DNA of 61,863 nucleotides, filler included. It is 5 parts of 5 records of this genome, joined end to end, with 100 filler letters (N's around TTAATTAATTAA, not from the genome) between each part and the next. Parts side by side here need not be neighbours in the genome. Positions count along the whole stretch, not along the records: positions 1 to 18,781 come from SRR22947725_1362; 4 more parts are not named here. One strand, given 5' to 3'. This document shows positions 8,885 to 16,600 of the stretch, in pieces. The translations under genes were made by a program, and so were the position numbers. Numbering within the stretch: the stretch's first letter is position 1; the number at the start of each line of letters is the position of its first letter. The notes below the pieces were generated by a model. It searched no databases. It was not told the DNA's origin and was given only the letters and a program-made list of their open reading frames with translations.

Positions 8885-10615
8885 ATGAAATCGTCTAATA
8901 TGCATGCAGGATTTACTGTAAGTTCATTTTTTAAAAACAATAATATTAGTACAGTTTTTACTTTGTGTGGAGGGCACATATCTCCAATTCTTGTTGGGTG
9001 TGAATCAGAGGGAATCGATATCGTCGAAGTGCGTGATGAGGTTTCAACAGTATTTGCAGCAGATGCTACATCTAGACTCACGAATAGTATAGGAGTTGCT
9101 ATTGTTACAGCTGGCCCTGGAGTCACTAATACAATTACTGCAATTAAAAATGCACAACTAGCACAATCTCCATTAATACTAATCGGTGGGGCAGCAGCGA
9201 CGCTTTTGCGTGGTAAGGGATCTCTACAAGATATTGATCAAATGGCATTGATAAAACCTCATGTAAAGTCAGCAGTAAGTGTTGGTAAGACTCGCGATAT
9301 AATACCCTCCCTTACAAATGCTTTGAATACAGCAATATCTGGAGTACCTGGCCCAGTATTTGTTGAGTTACCTATTGACTTACTTTATCCAGAAAAAAGT
9401 ATTCGAGAGCAACATGCAAGCCAGTTACCATCAAATGGAATAGTAGGTAAGTTGATGACCTGGTATGTAGATCGCCACTTAACTAATATGTTTTCTAATA
9501 AAAAGTCATCTATAAAAATTAGAAAGAAAAAATCGATTTTTGCACGACAAAAAGATATAGACAATGCAGCATTAGCAATTGTAAATGCTAAGAAACCTGT
9601 TGTATTGCTTGGGAATCAAGTCACACAAAATAAAGAGGCTTTACCTCAATTTCTTAAAAATTTAAATAAGTTATCTATTCCTACTTATACATCAGGAATG
9701 TCAAGAGGGTGCTTCAATGAAAATGATAAATTTTTTATGCGCCATAATCGTAAACATGCTTTAAGGAATGCAGATGTTGTAATTACTGTAGGCGTTCCAT
9801 TAGACTTCCGGTTAGGATATGGATATTCTATTAATTCAAATGCAAAAATTATTGCAATCAATAAAAGTGCAAAGGACATGAAGCAGAACAGAAAGCCCTT
9901 TATATGTGTTCATGGTGATCCAACCCGCGCAATTTGTGAAATTGGTAAAATTATCAATCCTCCAAAATGCGAAGAATGGACAGAAGAATTAAATTTACTC
10001 GAACAAAAACGTGATAATGAGATCGTACAACAATCTGAAATCAAAACAGATTTTGTTAATCCTATTAAACTATGTACTACAATTAATGATCTTTTGGATG
10101 ATAATAGTATTATAATAGCAGATGGAGGAGATTTTGTAGGAACGGCGGCATATACCGTACGACCCAAAGGGCCATTAGGCTGGCTTGATCCAGGTCCATT
10201 TGGAACACTGGGTGTCGGAGGTGGATTTGCACTTGGAGCGAAAAGTGCATACAAAAGTAAAGAAGTTTGGATTATTTATGGAGATGGGGCTTGTGCATTT
10301 AGTTTAGCTGAATTTGATACCTATGTTCGTCATAAATTACCCGTTATTGCTATTGTTGGAAACGATGCTTCTTGGCAGCAAATTGCTCGAGAGCAAGTTG
10401 ATATGCTTGGAAGTCCTATAGGGACAAATCTTTTAAATACTGCCTATCATCAAGTAGCAATTGGCTATGGTGGAAAAGGGTATGCTGTCGATGATCCCAG
10501 TGAGTTAAAGAGCGTATTAATACAAGCAAAAGAAGATGCAAAAAATGGATTTCCAGTATTAGTGAATGTTCGCATAGGAAAAACAGATTTTAGAAAAGGA
10601 TCTATATCGGTATGA
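8885..10615 (+). CDS. Thiamine-diphosphate enzyme, ILVBL/2-hydroxyacyl-CoA lyase-like
   Basis: GGHISPIL, VTAGPGVTN, WLDPGPFGTLGVGGGFALGAK and the GDG...GND ThDP motif. Confidence 0.85.
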   Translation: MKSSNMHAGFTVSSFFKNNNISTVFTLCGGHISPILVGCESEGIDIVEVRDEVSTVFAADATSRLTNSIGVAIVTAGPGVTNTITAIKNAQLAQSPLILIGGAAATLLRGKGSLQDIDQMALIKPHVKSAVSVGKTRDIIPSLTNALNTAISGVPGPVFVELPIDLLYPEKSIREQHASQLPSNGIVGKLMTWYVDRHLTNMFSNKKSSIKIRKKKSIFARQKDIDNAALAIVNAKKPVVLLGNQVTQNKEALPQFLKNLNKLSIPTYTSGMSRGCFNENDKFFMRHNRKHALRNADVVITVGVPLDFRLGYGYSINSNAKIIAINKSAKDMKQNRKPFICVHGDPTRAICEIGKIINPPKCEEWTEELNLLEQKRDNEIVQQSEIKTDFVNPIKLCTTINDLLDDNSIIIADGGDFVGTAAYTVRPKGPLGWLDPGPFGTLGVGGGFALGAKSAYKSKEVWIIYGDGACAFSLAEFDTYVRHKLPVIAIVGNDASWQQIAREQVDMLGSPIGTNLLNTAYHQVAIGYGGKGYAVDDPSELKSVLIQAKEDAKNGFPVLVNVRIGKTDFRKGSISV

Positions 10616-10983
10616 TAGAAAAAATTAAATTTATAACCATAATATTAATGTCATGTTTTTATATGAATGTTGGAGTAAAACATTTTATTGAACCTGAATG
10701 GTTTTTGCAAATTATGCCTCCTAATTTTCCATTTCATTTAGCCTCAGTCTATATTAGTGGATTTTTAGAAGTTTCGTTTGGTTTCTTACTGTTGATACCT
10801 AAAACACGTTATTACGCTGCCTGGGGGCTTATTTTGCTCTTAATTGCAGTATTCCCAGCTAATATCTATCTTGCATTAACAAATGGAGATGCAATGGGAA
10901 CTACAGCTGCAATTGCATGGGGAAGACTTCCATTTCAATTTCTATTTATTGGGTTAGCTTATTGGCATTCAAAGGATGATTGA
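10612..10983 (+). CDS. DoxX/MauE-like membrane protein
   Basis: GVKHF, VYISGFLE, AVFPANIY and RLPFQ motifs. Confidence 0.8.
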   Translation: MIEKIKFITIILMSCFYMNVGVKHFIEPEWFLQIMPPNFPFHLASVYISGFLEVSFGFLLLIPKTRYYAAWGLILLLIAVFPANIYLALTNGDAMGTTAAIAWGRLPFQFLFIGLAYWHSKDD

Positions 10984-11057
10984 AAAAATATTAAATAAGA
11001 TCATGCATTTTTTCGCGTGGGTCATAATTAATTCAAAAGAAAAATAAAGGAGTAAAA

Positions 11058-11924
11058 ATGTTAAAAAAGATTTTATTATCATTGTTGATGTTTGGTTTTA
11101 TATCAGCAAATATGCCAAAAGTTATATTAATTACTGGTACAGCATTAGGTATTGGAAAGTCTGCTGCAGAATACTTAATTGATAAAGGTCATATTATTTA
11201 CGGGGGAGACATTCTTGTCGAAGAAAATCTCTATTTAAATGATATTGGAGGAATAGCGCTTGAGATGGATGTCACTAATCAAGAGCATATTGATAAAGCA
11301 GTTCAGCAAATCATTAATGAGCATGGAAGAATTGATGTTCTAGTAAATAATGCTGGTTTGGGTGTATATGGAGCTATTGAAGAAGTCACCATGGAGGACG
11401 CTTATTATCAGTATGATGTTAATTTGTTTGGATTAGCTAGAGTTACAAAATCAGTACTTCCTCATATGAGAAAGCAAAAGAGTGGAACGATAATTAATAT
11501 CAGTTCAGTGCTAGGAGAAACTTACGGTCCTTTAGCAGGATGGTATTTGTCAAGTAAGCATGCACTAGAAGGTTGGTCAGATGCATTAAGAGTAGAATTG
11601 AAAGAATTTGATATTGATGTAGTTATTGTGCAGCCTGGAGCTATAAATACTAATTTTTTTAATATTTCGGGAAGTTATTTAGATAAATACAGAGAAGATT
11701 CTAATTATCTGCATTTGTATGGACAGCCGGTTACTGATTCAGAAAGCTCAGTTCTCTCAAATCAATCCGATCCAATTGTAATTGCAAAAGTAATAAATAA
11801 AGCAATAAATGCTCGTAATCCAAAAACTAGATATGCTGCTGGAGCTTACAGTAAGCTGGGTAAATTTTTAAGACAAATTATGACAGATAAAATGTTCGAT
11901 AGATTCATTCTTTTTATTAATTAA
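11058..11924 (+). CDS. Short-chain dehydrogenase/reductase with N-terminal signal-peptide-like leader (copy 1)
   Basis: TGTALGIG, VNNAG, NISS and YLSSK; RBS AAGGAG; leader MLKKILLSLLMFGFISA. Confidence 0.9.
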   Translation: MLKKILLSLLMFGFISANMPKVILITGTALGIGKSAAEYLIDKGHIIYGGDILVEENLYLNDIGGIALEMDVTNQEHIDKAVQQIINEHGRIDVLVNNAGLGVYGAIEEVTMEDAYYQYDVNLFGLARVTKSVLPHMRKQKSGTIINISSVLGETYGPLAGWYLSSKHALEGWSDALRVELKEFDIDVVIVQPGAINTNFFNISGSYLDKYREDSNYLHLYGQPVTDSESSVLSNQSDPIVIAKVINKAINARNPKTRYAAGAYSKLGKFLRQIMTDKMFDRFILFIN

Positions 11925-11944
11925 TTTAAAAAAAGGAGATAGAT

Positions 11945-12814
11945 ATGTTTAAAAAATTTATTATAACAATGTTGCTTGTTGGAAGTGTTTTTTCTTCTGA
12001 TAAGCAGAAAGTTGTATTAATTACTGGTACCGCTCATGGTATCGGTAAGTCTACAGCTCAATATTTAATTGATAAAGGTCATATTGTTTACGGTGGAGAT
12101 ATCTTGGTTGAAGAAAACCTATATCTAAATGACATTGGTGGAATTTCATTAGAAATGGACGTAACAAAACAAGATCATGTCGATAATGCTATCAATCAAA
12201 TTATTGCAGAACAAGGTAGAATAGATGTTTTAGTAAACAATGCTGGAATTGCAGTCGGTAGTGCTATTGAGGATGTATCAATGGAAGATGCGATGTACCA
12301 ATTTGAAGTAAATTTATTCGGCATCGGAAGAACTGTTAAAGCAGCTTTACCTCATATGAGAGAGCAGGGAAGTGGAACTATTATCAATATTTCTTCAGTA
12401 TTAGGCAAGGCATATAATCCTCTTTATGGGTGGTACGTTTCATCAAAACATGCTCTTGAAGGTTGGTCTGATGTACTTAGATTAGAAGTGAAACAGTTTG
12501 GAATAGATGTAGTTATTATTGAGCCAGGAATGATCAAAACAAACATTGGTAATTATTCAGCTCAATATTTTGAGAAGTATAGTAAAAATTCAGAATATAA
12601 AAATTTCTATGGTTCTCCAGATGATTCGGATGAAAACACATTTGACGATTATTCTGACCCGATAGTAATAGCAAAAGTTATTGATAAGGCAATAAACGCT
12701 AAAAATCCTAAAACAAGGTACTCAGCTGGTGCATATAGCTGGATACTTTTAACAATGAGAAGTATATTACCTGACAAATGGTTTGACAGTTTAATTGTGA
12801 AAGTTACAGGTTAA
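11945..12814 (+). CDS. Short-chain dehydrogenase/reductase with signal-peptide-like leader (copy 2, tandem paralog)
   Basis: TGTAHGIG, VNNAG and YVSSK; long stretches shared with copy 1 (YLIDKGH..YGGDILVEENLYLNDIGGI); RBS AAGGAG. Confidence 0.9.
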   Translation: MFKKFIITMLLVGSVFSSDKQKVVLITGTAHGIGKSTAQYLIDKGHIVYGGDILVEENLYLNDIGGISLEMDVTKQDHVDNAINQIIAEQGRIDVLVNNAGIAVGSAIEDVSMEDAMYQFEVNLFGIGRTVKAALPHMREQGSGTIINISSVLGKAYNPLYGWYVSSKHALEGWSDVLRLEVKQFGIDVVIIEPGMIKTNIGNYSAQYFEKYSKNSEYKNFYGSPDDSDENTFDDYSDPIVIAKVIDKAINAKNPKTRYSAGAYSWILLTMRSILPDKWFDSLIVKVTG

Positions 12815-12833
12815 GCTGTAATTTAAAAATTGG

Positions 12834-12907
12834 GGGCGATTAGCTCAGTTGGTTAGAGCATCTGCTCGACATGTAGAGGGTCGGGAGTTCGAATCTCTCA
12901 TCGCCCA
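12834..12907 (+). tRNA. tRNA-Val(GAC), CCA not encoded
   Basis: Full cloverleaf: acceptor GGGCGAT/ATCGCCC, D stem GCTC/GAGC, anticodon stem TCTGC/GTAGA with loop TCGACAT, T loop TTCGAAT. Confidence 0.95.
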
Positions 12908-12924
12908 CGACGACAAAACATGAT

Positions 12925-12962
12925 AAAAGAGGGTTTAGATTAATTTCTAAGCCCTTTTTTTT
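12925..12962 (+). terminator. Rho-independent terminator after tRNA-Val
   Basis: Stem AGAGGGTTTAGA/TCTAAGCCCTTT, loop TTAATT, T-run downstream and A-run upstream. Confidence 0.85.
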
Positions 12963-12995
12963 GCGACATTGCCCTCGTCTGAAAGCGAAATAAAA

Positions 12996-13017
12996 TTGCA
13001 TAGTATTTGCATAGTAT
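12996..13017. repeat. Tandem 11-bp direct repeat TTGCATAGTAT x2, possible integrase arm-type sites
   Basis: Perfect tandem copy about 90 bp inside the left att-like repeat. Confidence 0.6.
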
Positions 13018-13059
13018 CTGTTGCCTACCTTTTTTTCTTTAAACTCCTTATATTTTGTT

Positions 13060-13158
13060 ATGGATTTAACTTCTATTATTATTAGTATCGTTCTGTTCGT
13101 AGTCATACCAGCATTTGTCTTTGTTATGGCTATTATGTTAGACACAGACGATAGATAA
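13060..13158 (+). CDS. 32-aa single-TM microprotein MDLTSIIISIVLFVVIPAFVFVMAIMLDTDDR
   Basis: Hand-translated; ATG lies 5 nt after TATATT; one long hydrophobic helix and an acidic tail. Confidence 0.6.
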   Translation: MDLTSIIISIVLFVVIPAFVFVMAIMLDTDDR

Positions 13159-13191
13159 ACCTTCTTCCAATATTACTCCTTATATTTAGTT

Positions 13192-13275
13192 ATGGATTTA
13201 TCAGACATATTATTAATAATAGGTGCAGTTTGTATGGTTGGAACTTTAATACTTCAGTTTATCGCCAAAAGATAA
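13192..13275 (+). CDS. 27-aa single-TM microprotein MDLSDILLIIGAVCMVGTLILQFIAKR
   Basis: Hand-translated; same start context (GTTATGGATTTA) and stop context (AGATAAACCTTCT) as 13060-13158. Confidence 0.6.
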   Translation: MDLSDILLIIGAVCMVGTLILQFIAKR

Positions 13276-13370
13276 ACCTTCTGTTCTTTAAACTGCTTAT
13301 ATAATTTTTAATTAAGGTATAAAACTGGTGTAAAACACACCAAAATAGGGCGTTTATCGTCTGAGTAAAC

Positions 13371-13418
13371 TCTACTCGACATGTAGAGGGTCAGGAGTTC
13401 GAATCTCTCATCGCCCAC
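13371..13418 (+). repeat. Duplicated 3' half of tRNA-Val (attR-like)
   Basis: TCTACTCGACATGTAGAGGGTCAGGAGTTCGAATCTCTCATCGCCCAC with no tRNA 5' half upstream. Confidence 0.9.
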
Positions 13419-13477
13419 TTCCAATAAAACGTAAAGCAAGCTTTACATTTGACATTTTTTAGCATATATTTAATTTC

Positions 13478-15166
13478 ATGAAATTCAAAAAAATACTATT
13501 ATATACTCTTCTATCAATCACTTTTTTGCAAGCACAAGGTAAGTCTTATAAAATTCTTAGCACAAATATTGAATCAAATATTCTCAAAGAGGGAATAGTT
13601 GAAATACAAGAAAAAAGAGTGTTCAGTTTCAAAGGAAACTATTCTTTTGTGTTTAGAGATATTTGGAAAAAGGGGTATGATCAATTGTACGATATCCAAG
13701 TATTTGAAGGAGATAAACCTTATTTAAATACTGAAATTGAAGAAGAAGGAAATTTTAGAATTGAATCAAGAGATAGGTATTACCGTATTTATTGGTATCA
13801 CTCATCGACAGATGAGAATAAAACATTCACTTTGAAGTATAAATTAAAAAATCCTTTTACGATTGGAAAAACAGATGCACAATTTCGTTGGGTATATTTA
13901 GATGATAAATTTGACAAACGTCCAGGAAAGTTAAGTTTGACACAAAAGTTTAATGGCATTGTAGATACAAACGCTATAGACTTTTCTGTTGAACAACCAA
14001 TTAGATCTAAAAAGTATAAATTTTCAAAAAAAGAAAATGGTATTTTTGAATTGTCTTCTGACTCATTTTCTAAAAAAAATGTTTTGCAGCTGCGAACAAT
14101 ATTTCCGACTTCATACTTGTCAAATTCATCTATCAATAATGAGAACTTTTCTCTTGCTGGATTACTGTTAGAGGAAAGAAATCAAAGATTGGTTATTTAC
14201 GGTATTATTGCTATGACGCTTTTTTCTTTATTGATTGGAATAAACTTCATGAGAAAACATGTAGTTGACCATAAAGTAGAAATTAGTGACGATGTAAACT
14301 TTACAGAATTTCCATCCACTCATCATCCAGTGCTAATAGGGTGGCTTATTTGGCGATATCCAAGCGTTAGCGCTACTGGTATTCTTGGAACTTTATTCGA
14401 GTTAGCAAGTAGAAAGAAAGTTCATCTTGAGACGGTTGAGTCGGGTAAGTGGATTTTTAAATCAAAGAAATTAAAAGTTGATGTTATCAATTCAGATACA
14501 TCTAATTTATCTAATAGTTTTTCAAAATTACTGCTTGATAGAATTTTAACAATCGGAACTAGCACTTATTTCTCAAAAATATGGCTTAAATATTCATTCT
14601 CTCATTCCAAGTGGAAACAAAATCGTACAAAAAAAATTAAGGAATTAGGATGGTTAGATACTTCTGGAGATCAAGAAAGAACTAATCTCATCCTACTCCA
14701 GGTAATTATATTTTTTTTAATAATTGGATTAAGTATTTTTTACGGAATATTTTGGAGTGTACTTTTTACCATTATACCATCAACAATGCTACTGATGATC
14801 GCCCTGGCGTCCAGACTTACTAAAGAGGGTCAAGAATTGTTTTTAAGGTGGTGTGCATTTGGAGATGCGCTCAAAAAAAATAAGTTAAATATACAAGGTT
14901 TTGAACCAGACCTTTTATTGCAATACTGTATTGTCATGGGCATGCATGGGGAAGAGCTTAAAGACGTGATCAATAAAGCAAACCAAGATGGAACATGTTA
15001 TATATGGTATGGAGGAGGCACTCCTTCTGATGTTTCTACTATCACGGCTGGTATTGCCGATATTGCAACTACTGGAACAGCTATCTCTGCGTCATATGGC
15101 GGCGATGGTGGCGGTGGTGCTGGAGGTGGTGGCGCTGGCGGTGGCGGTGGCGGTGGAGCTGGGTAG
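13478..15166 (+). CDS. DUF2207-family membrane protein with Gly-rich C-tail
   Basis: Signal peptide, soluble N-domain, TM segments, LTKEGQE...W..F...L and a terminal GGGGAGGGGGGGAG. Confidence 0.85.
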   Translation: MKFKKILLYTLLSITFLQAQGKSYKILSTNIESNILKEGIVEIQEKRVFSFKGNYSFVFRDIWKKGYDQLYDIQVFEGDKPYLNTEIEEEGNFRIESRDRYYRIYWYHSSTDENKTFTLKYKLKNPFTIGKTDAQFRWVYLDDKFDKRPGKLSLTQKFNGIVDTNAIDFSVEQPIRSKKYKFSKKENGIFELSSDSFSKKNVLQLRTIFPTSYLSNSSINNENFSLAGLLLEERNQRLVIYGIIAMTLFSLLIGINFMRKHVVDHKVEISDDVNFTEFPSTHHPVLIGWLIWRYPSVSATGILGTLFELASRKKVHLETVESGKWIFKSKKLKVDVINSDTSNLSNSFSKLLLDRILTIGTSTYFSKIWLKYSFSHSKWKQNRTKKIKELGWLDTSGDQERTNLILLQVIIFFLIIGLSIFYGIFWSVLFTIIPSTMLLMIALASRLTKEGQELFLRWCAFGDALKKNKLNIQGFEPDLLLQYCIVMGMHGEELKDVINKANQDGTCYIWYGGGTPSDVSTITAGIADIATTGTAISASYGGDGGGGAGGGGAGGGGGGGAG

Positions 15167-15170
15167 TAGC

Positions 15171-15197
15171 AATTAGTATTAAACTTTAATACTAATT
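15171..15197. promoter_or_regulatory. Perfect AT-rich inverted repeat (13-1-13), operator or terminator candidate
   Basis: AATTAGTATTAAA-C-TTTAATACTAATT between DUF2207 and the microprotein cluster. Confidence 0.4.
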
Positions 15198-15246
15198 TGA
15201 TTATTTAAAATTCTTTATTAAGATTTAGCATAATAAATGAGAATAA

Positions 15247-15375
15247 ATGTTAAATAAAATAAACATCTTAGCTGAAAAATTAATGTCAATTCTCGATACA
15301 GTTTTGGGGGGTATTATCGCCGTATTCTTCACTCTCATCATTGTATATATGCTATTAAATGGAGGTATTAATTAA
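15247..15375 (+). CDS. 42-aa single-TM microprotein
   Basis: MLNKINILAEKLMSILDTVLGGIIAVFFTLIIVYMLLNGGIN; its stop overlaps the next start (TAATG). Confidence 0.55.
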   Translation: MLNKINILAEKLMSILDTVLGGIIAVFFTLIIVYMLLNGGIN

Positions 15376-15479
15376 TGGACGATATGATCGCTAAGTTTGT
15401 CAGTTTTTGTCTAGATACGAAGTTCGTTATCTTGTTAATTATTGTAGCATTTATTCTTAAGGTAATGAGTATTATTTAA
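15375..15479 (+). CDS. 34-aa single-TM microprotein
   Basis: MDDMIAKFVSFCLDTKFVILLIIVAFILKVMSII; GGAGGT RBS at 15361-15366; TAATG coupling. Confidence 0.6.
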   Translation: MDDMIAKFVSFCLDTKFVILLIIVAFILKVMSII

Positions 15480-15501
15480 ATATTTAATCAAGGGGTAGAA
15501 A

Positions 15502-15687
15502 ATGAATTCAAATTTATGGTATTTACTAATGATAATCTCAATTTTGATGGCAGTACTGCTATTTTTAAATCTTCCTGGATATGAAGATGCAGCGGATGCA
15601 CGTCAAGTTGGAGTATTTGTAGGTCTATGGGCACCAACATTTGGAATATTAGGTGTTAGGTCTCAATTAAATGAAAATAATAGGTAA
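15502..15687 (+). CDS. 61-aa two-TM small membrane protein
   Basis: ORF track; AAGGGG RBS; GVFVGLWAPTFG motif. Confidence 0.7.
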   Translation: MNSNLWYLLMIISILMAVLLFLNLPGYEDAADARQVGVFVGLWAPTFGILGVRSQLNENNR

Positions 15688-15693
15688 TAAATT

Positions 15694-15804
15694 ATGATTA
15701 CATGGGGTCCTTTTACAATGCAGCATCCGCTAGAGATACCTATGCTATTTCTATGTATTCTATTTGTCGTATTTATGGCATTTAGTATTGCAATGGATGA
15801 CTAG
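15694..15804 (+). CDS. 36-aa single-TM microprotein
   Basis: MITWGPFTMQHPLEIPMLFLCILFVVFMAFSIAMDD; starts 6 nt after the previous stop, with AGGT upstream. Confidence 0.55.
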   Translation: MITWGPFTMQHPLEIPMLFLCILFVVFMAFSIAMDD

Positions 15805-15931
15805 ATAATTTTTTATTTATTTTTCTCTAAACTCATAATGTTCCGAATTATACTTGCTATAACTGTACAATAATCGATAGATTGTATGAAGGTAGCCAAC
15901 TAATAATTAATTAAATAAGGAGATATACTCT

Positions 15932-16600
15932 ATGTATCTAAAGCAATTAGACAATAAACTTGATGAACTTCATCTATTAAAACATCCTTTCTATGTAGCA
16001 TGGAATAATGGTGAATTATCACAAGAAATTTTACAAGACTATGCTGAACAGTATTATCAGCATATCAAAGCATTTCCACGTTATATCAGTGCAACACATT
16101 CACTATGCGAAGATATTGAGCAGCGTAAAATATTATTAGATAATCTTAGCGATGAAGAAGATTTTGAGAAAGATCACCCAATGCTTTGGAAGCAATTTGC
16201 TTTAGAAGTAGGAGCAGATGCATCTGAGATTGAAACAATTAAGCAAGCGGGATATACAGAAGATATGATTGCAAATTTCTTTAGGCTTGCTAGGTCTAGT
16301 TATGCAGAAGGGTTAGGTGCTTTATATGCCTATGAGCGTCAAGTACCAGAGATTGCAGATACTAAAATTAAAGGACTGGTAGATCACTATGATGTTTCAT
16401 CTGATAAAGGATTAGAATATTTCGTAGTACATAAAGATGCTGATGTTGAGCATCGTGAGCAAAGTGCTATGCTAATGAATCAACTATCCGATGAAGACAG
16501 GAAACTCGCAGAAGAAGCTGGAATGTCTACAGCGCATGTGTTGTGGGGATTTTTATCAGGTCTTTGTGAGAAATATAATATTCCAAACGAAATGAACTAA
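15932..16600 (+). CDS. CADD-family (PqqC/TenA-like fold) dimetal enzyme, putative pABA synthase
   Basis: HPFY, YYQHIKAFPRYIS, LLDNLSDEE, HPMLW, ALYAYERQVP, TKIKGL and YFVVH..AD.EH; RBS AAGGAG. Confidence 0.88.
   Translation: MYLKQLDNKLDELHLLKHPFYVAWNNGELSQEILQDYAEQYYQHIKAFPRYISATHSLCEDIEQRKILLDNLSDEEDFEKDHPMLWKQFALEVGADASEIETIKQAGYTEDMIANFFRLARSSYAEGLGALYAYERQVPEIADTKIKGLVDHYDVSSDKGLEYFVVHKDADVEHREQSAMLMNQLSDEDRKLAEEAGMSTAHVLWGFLSGLCEKYNIPNEMN

Larger units (their letters stand above)
13027..13311 (+). repeat. Three copies of an approximately 36-bp motif flanking two micro-ORFs
   Basis: Ungapped alignment: 13027 ACCTTTTTTTCTTTAAACTCCTTATATTTTGTTATG; 13159 ACCTTCTTCCAATATTACTCCTTATATTTAGTTATG; 13276 ACCTTCTGTTCTTTAAACTGCTTATATAATTTTTAA. 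Confidence 0.8.
12861..13418. mobile_element. 510-bp integrase-less mini-island at the tRNA-Val 3' half (attL/attR-like)
   Basis: 48-bp direct repeat, 12861-12908 versus 13371-13418, identical at 46 of 48 positions. Confidence 0.75.

Noticed and set aside
12840-13145. 101-aa minus-strand ORF
   Set aside because: It is antisense to tRNA-Val, its terminator and the first micro-ORF, so it is a shadow frame.
13027-13311. CRISPR array or integron attC array
   Set aside because: Repeats are degenerate and non-palindromic, spacers are about 80-100 bp and coding, there is no attC-type inverted core structure, and no cas or intI gene is in view.
15098-15163. GGC/GGT-rich low-complexity repeat
   Set aside because: It encodes the normal Gly-rich tail of DUF2207 proteins.
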